NCBI GenBank assembly: GCA_038845975.1
Contig: JAWBQF010000039.1
Location: forward strand, 1-20,880
Direction of reading: 5' to 3'
DNA: 20,880 nt
Source of the DNA: Candidatus Methanomethylicia archaeon
GTDB taxonomy: Archaea; Thermoproteota; Methanomethylicia; CALHIW01
The notes under the pieces are model-generated. The model did not search any database. It saw only the letters and a list, made by a program, of their open reading frames with translations, and was not told where the DNA came from. Of this stretch, positions 16,797 to 20,880 are shown piece by piece; position 1 is the stretch's first letter; every line of letters starts with the position of its first letter. The position numbers and the translations under genes are program-made.

Positions 16797-17642
16797 TTGA
16801 CTGTAAGAATCGGTTTCCTAAAACTTGGAAATATCGGTTCAGCTCCTCTTATTGAGCTTCTTCTTGATGAAAGAGCTGAAAGACAAGATATAATTGTAAG
16901 AGTGGTTTCAAGTGGTGCTAAAGGAGTTCAGGAAGTTAATGAAGCTGAAGAGGTTGCAAAGAAAATTCTTGAATTTACTCCTCAACTAATAATTATAACA
17001 AGTCCTAACGCTGCTACTCCAGGTCCAACTAGGGCAAGGGAGATTATCGCCCTATCCAAAATACCTACAATAATTATTTCAGATTCACCTGCTAAGAAGG
17101 CGTTAAAGAGTATTGAGGATTTAGGCATGGGCTACATTATTGTTGAAGCTGATGCAATGATTGGTGCAAGAAGAGAGTTTCTAGATCCTATTGAAATGGC
17201 TCTATTTAATGCTGACCTAATAAAGGTACTATCGATAACTGGTGTCTACAATATTCTATTTGAAACTATAGATAAAGCAATAACAGCATTGAAGGAGGGT
17301 AAAAGTGTTGAGCTTCCCAAAATAGTTATTGATAAAGAAATAGCTGTAAAATCTGCTGGATTCTCAAATCCCTATGCCTATGCTAAAGCTATGGCTGCCT
17401 ACGAGATATCTAGAAGAGTAGCTGATCTAACTGTTGAAGCATGCTTTAAAGTGAAGGAATGGGAGAGATATACGGCAATTAATGCTGCAGCTCATGAAAT
17501 GATGCTTATAGCAGCAAAACTAGCTGAAGAAGCTAGAGAAATAGAGAAGTATGGCGATACTGTTGTTAGGAAGCCTCATTTTGACGATGGAACCATACTG
17601 TTTAAACGTAAACTAATAGAGAAACCAATAAAACAAACCTAA
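16797..17642 (+). CDS. mtd: F420-dependent methylene-tetrahydromethanopterin dehydrogenase
   Basis: KLGNIG..LLLDERAER; SPNAATPGP; DAMIGARREFLDPIEMALFNAD; FSNPYAYAKAMAA; AAAHE; RKPH..G. Confidence 0.95.
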   Translation: MTVRIGFLKLGNIGSAPLIELLLDERAERQDIIVRVVSSGAKGVQEVNEAEEVAKKILEFTPQLIIITSPNAATPGPTRAREIIALSKIPTIIISDSPAKKALKSIEDLGMGYIIVEADAMIGARREFLDPIEMALFNADLIKVLSITGVYNILFETIDKAITALKEGKSVELPKIVIDKEIAVKSAGFSNPYAYAKAMAAYEISRRVADLTVEACFKVKEWERYTAINAAAHEMMLIAAKLAEEAREIEKYGDTVVRKPHFDDGTILFKRKLIEKPIKQT

Positions 17643-17760
17643 CATTATTTTATGTTTAAAATCTAGAATTAAGATATGATTAAAGTTAAGACTAATAATA
17701 AACTATTTAGAAGAATATTTAAGTCAAAGACTAATTGGAGTACTGCTTAATAGATGTAAT

Positions 17761-18489
17761 ATGTCTACACTATATGTTGATGCTCACTGTCATCTACATG
17801 ATTATCCAGACTTCCAGATATCAAGGTTTAATGGGATAATTATAGTAGCTGTTTCTGACGATTATGAGAGTTCACTGAAAACATTAGAGATATCAGAAAA
17901 ATTCAGTAATGTAGTACCATGCGTAGGAATACATCCATGGAGCATCAGTAATACGTCAATTAACACTATTAGAAAAGTGTTAAGTCTCGCTCCTGAAGCT
18001 AAATGTCTAGGTGAAGTAGGACTAGATAAAAGATTTAAACCGGAAACTTACCATATACAGTTTGAAATTTTCAAGGAGGTTGTAAATGTAGCGAGAGAGT
18101 ATAGTTTACCATTAAATATTCATGCAGTTGGAGCTTGGAGAGAAGTTTTTGACATGGTTTACAAGTCTGATATAGATAGGATAATGTTTCACTGGTATAG
18201 TGGACCTATAGATTTACTTAGAGAAATCATGGATGTAGACTACTTAATATCGATTAATCCATCAATTAAAGTGCAGAGAAAACATGTGAAAGTCCTTGAG
18301 GAGGTTAACATTAAAAATTTATTAACAGAAAGTGATGGACCATACGTTTATCATGAATTAAATCTTAATCCACTAATGGTTAAAGAACTTGTAAAATATA
18401 TAGCTGAGGTAAAAAATGTACCTGAAGACCATCTAGCTAATGTAGTATTAAATAATCTATGTAAATTTGTAAAGATACTATTTAAATAA
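17761..18489 (+). CDS. tatD: TatD-family metal-dependent hydrolase/DNase
   Basis: DAHCHL, GIHPW, GEVGLD, NIHA, FHWYSG, TESDGP. Confidence 0.93.
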   Translation: MSTLYVDAHCHLHDYPDFQISRFNGIIIVAVSDDYESSLKTLEISEKFSNVVPCVGIHPWSISNTSINTIRKVLSLAPEAKCLGEVGLDKRFKPETYHIQFEIFKEVVNVAREYSLPLNIHAVGAWREVFDMVYKSDIDRIMFHWYSGPIDLLREIMDVDYLISINPSIKVQRKHVKVLEEVNIKNLLTESDGPYVYHELNLNPLMVKELVKYIAEVKNVPEDHLANVVLNNLCKFVKILFK

Positions 18490-18558
18490 ATTTGTAAAAT
18501 TCATATTGATTATTTCAGTAAACTTTATTATATTAACTCGCTTTAACTATGTAGATCT

Positions 18559-20004
18559 TTGTGGGTGGCTGAATTGATTGAACGTGAGGAAATGTGTGAA
18601 ATTGCTAGAAGATACAGGGAGCCTATTACCCTTATATTTGGGTCTCATTCAGCTCTAGACGCTAGATACGGTTCTAGAAATTACGGCTTAAGATCAATAA
18701 TATATACAACCAAAGCTAGAGCTATAATTTATCTTCAAAATATTATAGCTGGAAGAGTTGATGAGGAAATTGAGGATTTACCATCAATATGTAGAAGAGA
18801 TGTTATTATTGTAAATGATGCTAGAGATATTAAGAAGGAAGGGGATTGGATCCTAGCTATTCTAATTCTAGATAGCTATCAAGATATTTTAAAGTATGTT
18901 GATGATTTAGTTGATATTGAAGCTCTACAAATACCAAATAGAGCGTTTACTGTTTATATTGGTGGGGATGAGCATTGTAATATAATAGAAAAGGAGTTTG
19001 CTATACCCTTAGTTGGGTCAAGAAGATTGTTAAAGATTGAGAATAGAGGGGGAATTGAAAGAGACTATTATTGGTTTGCTGAGAGGGCAGGTATTCCAAT
19101 ACCGAAATCCTATGAGTTTAGTGTTTACAGTAAAGGTATACGATTTAAAGAATTTATTGATGAGCCCTTACTTCTAAAGGCTGAACATGCTAAAAGAAAG
19201 TTTGAAAGAGAATTTATTTTTGCATCTGATTCGCATGATTTAGAGGAGAAAGTTGAAAGGGAAATAGAGTCTGGAAACTTAAATATAGATTCTTTAAGAA
19301 ATGCTAGAGTTGAACAGATTGTTCTCGGTCCCCATGGCAACTTTAACTTCTTCTTCTCCCCCCTAAATGCCTTAGAGGAATGGGGTGATGTTGATGATGT
19401 ATTTGCAGATCTTTACAGCTTAACACTGGAGGAGGCTAGATTATGTCTTGCTAATGAACTATTATCTATTGATGAGAGGAGGGAATCTATTCTTGATGGA
19501 TTGAAGAGATTACCTGCTGATGTTCAGTTAAAGCTTGAAAGAAAGATTATTCCATCATTTGAGGTTACTTTCCATTCAATGATTAGTATCAGGGAATCCT
19601 TACTTAAAGATGTTTTAAGCTGTGCTAACTCATTTGTTTTAACATTAGCTAAATATGAGCCCCCAGGTATTATTGGTGCATGGTGCCTACAAACCCTAAT
19701 TACCTGGGATAAAGCTTCAAACTATAAATATATTCCAAAAATCAAAATAGATGCTACACTAGGTTTAGAATCTAAGACTCCTAGCGATTATGGATTATAT
19801 GACTCTACTGGTGATGTATATATGCATATACCGGTTACACAGGATGTTGCTTTAAGACATGGTGGAGGAACAAATGTACATATGGGTATTGGGGCTCAAT
19901 ACTCTAATGCAAAATACGGTAAAGCTATGAGTATGGGTGATAGAATAGCATTAGAAATAGTAAGAGCATTAAGAGATGGAAAACTAGATCTAATAGTAAC
20001 ATAG
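18559..20004 (+). CDS. PurP-like ATP-grasp protein (FAICAR synthetase family, DUF1246/DUF1297), long variant
   Basis: GSHSALD, IPNRAF, EPPGIIGAWCLQ, RHGGGTN, MSMGDRIALEI. Start possibly TTG 18574 after GGTGG. Confidence 0.85.
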   Translation: MWVAELIEREEMCEIARRYREPITLIFGSHSALDARYGSRNYGLRSIIYTTKARAIIYLQNIIAGRVDEEIEDLPSICRRDVIIVNDARDIKKEGDWILAILILDSYQDILKYVDDLVDIEALQIPNRAFTVYIGGDEHCNIIEKEFAIPLVGSRRLLKIENRGGIERDYYWFAERAGIPIPKSYEFSVYSKGIRFKEFIDEPLLLKAEHAKRKFEREFIFASDSHDLEEKVEREIESGNLNIDSLRNARVEQIVLGPHGNFNFFFSPLNALEEWGDVDDVFADLYSLTLEEARLCLANELLSIDERRESILDGLKRLPADVQLKLERKIIPSFEVTFHSMISIRESLLKDVLSCANSFVLTLAKYEPPGIIGAWCLQTLITWDKASNYKYIPKIKIDATLGLESKTPSDYGLYDSTGDVYMHIPVTQDVALRHGGGTNVHMGIGAQYSNAKYGKAMSMGDRIALEIVRALRDGKLDLIVT

Positions 20005-20010
20005 AAGCTC

Positions 20011-20600
20011 TTATACCCCAATACCATTACAATATTTTACTTCTCCTCTAACGTATGGTACTCCTAGAGATGATGGAGCCCCAATCATTCTCTTCACAGT
20101 TCTTCTTGTCTCAATAGTTAATACCAATATTGTGAATAGATATGGTAATGTCGCTAATATGTTTGAAGATATTCCTATCGGCTGTAATCTGAATTCTAAT
20201 GCTCTTAATCCTTCAAACAATGCTGCACCAAGTATAGCTCTTAATGGACTCCATAATGCAAATGTTGTTAATGCTACTGCTATCCATCCTAAACTCGTCG
20301 TCATACCGGGCTGAAATGCAGATCTATAAACAACAGAAAGGTAAGCCCCACCAATTCCAGCAAGCATTTCACCAATAACTGTACATAGATATCTTATAGC
20401 ATACACATTTATACCTACTGTATCTGCTGCAAATGGATTTTCACCCACAGCTCTTATACAGATTCCAGTTTTAGTTTTGGGTTAGTATAAACCACATTGT
20501 GAAGGCTAGAATTAACGACGAATATGTTGAGGGATCATGTTTAAAAAGTAGGGATCCAATTATCGGTATATTGGATAAGTAGGGTATTGGTGTTATTGAT
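20011..20600 (-). pseudogene. Nucleoside/sugar ABC transporter permease, frameshifted and 5'-truncated
   Basis: IRAVGENPFAADTVGINV, LAGIGGAYLS, LPYLFTILVL..APSSLGVPY. The upstream PIPYLSNIPIIGSLLF segment is in another frame (extra base in GGG 20479-20481). No N-terminal third is visible. Confidence 0.8.
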
Positions 20601-20753
20601 AATATTAATTTTAGAGGGTTAAGTAGTCCTTCCTTCACAACATTATTATGTTGAGTAATTCATTACTATGAGTTTTACATCATCCCTAATTTTAAGCATT
20701 AATTTATTAGCAATAATGAGAAAACTAAGTATATGTTTTCCCTAAGTATAGGG

Positions 20754-20844
20754 GGCTTTGTTAACTTAATCATGTTTTATTACCTCTATTTTGGTATTGT
20801 ATCTTCTATGAATTCTTAGCTTTTATTTTCCTTATCCATGTTTG
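20754..20844. repeat. Probable mobile element end beginning GGCTTTGTTAACTTAAT
   Basis: Homologous to 15929-16014; terminus resembles the MITE-A TIR and the IS903-type GGCTTTGTT end. Confidence 0.55.
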
Positions 20845-20880
20845 TTTAGTATGTATATTATTGATTTTAAGCATTAATGC

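Noticed and set aside
14842-20314. ORFs 14842-15063 (-), 19125-19340 (-) and 20132-20314 (+)
   Set aside because: Antisense to aspS, the PurP-like gene and the permease.
20689-20878. 15-bp direct repeat ATTTTAAGCATTAAT (20689-20703, 20864-20878), considered as CRISPR or att site
   Set aside because: Only two AT-rich copies 175 bp apart; spacing does not fit CRISPR and no integrase is in view.

Overview
AT-rich archaeal chromosomal window. The centre (about 3.2-14.3 kb, all + strand, mostly overlapping or abutting ORFs) is a 12-gene archaeal type IV pilus (T4P)-like locus. It contains two paralogous pilins with class III signal peptides, a PilB/VirB11-type ATPase, a 796-aa fusion of an N-terminal vWA domain (intact MIDAS) to a TadC/ArlJ-like membrane platform, an 854-aa secreted beta-propeller/Ig-like adhesin candidate, six minor pilin-like proteins and one small unknown ORF. 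A 59-codon ORF carrying two RNA hairpins precedes the locus. Housekeeping genes are mscS, aspS, mtd, a TatD hydrolase and an unusually long PurP-like protein; a decayed ABC permease lies on the - strand. The intergenic spaces hold nested dead mobile elements: IS6, IS1595 (ISH4-type ends) and IS630 remnants, two near-identical inverted copies of a 128-bp MITE, a 109-bp MITE, and two diverged copies of another element end. All assignments come from motif recognition by eye; no searches were run.
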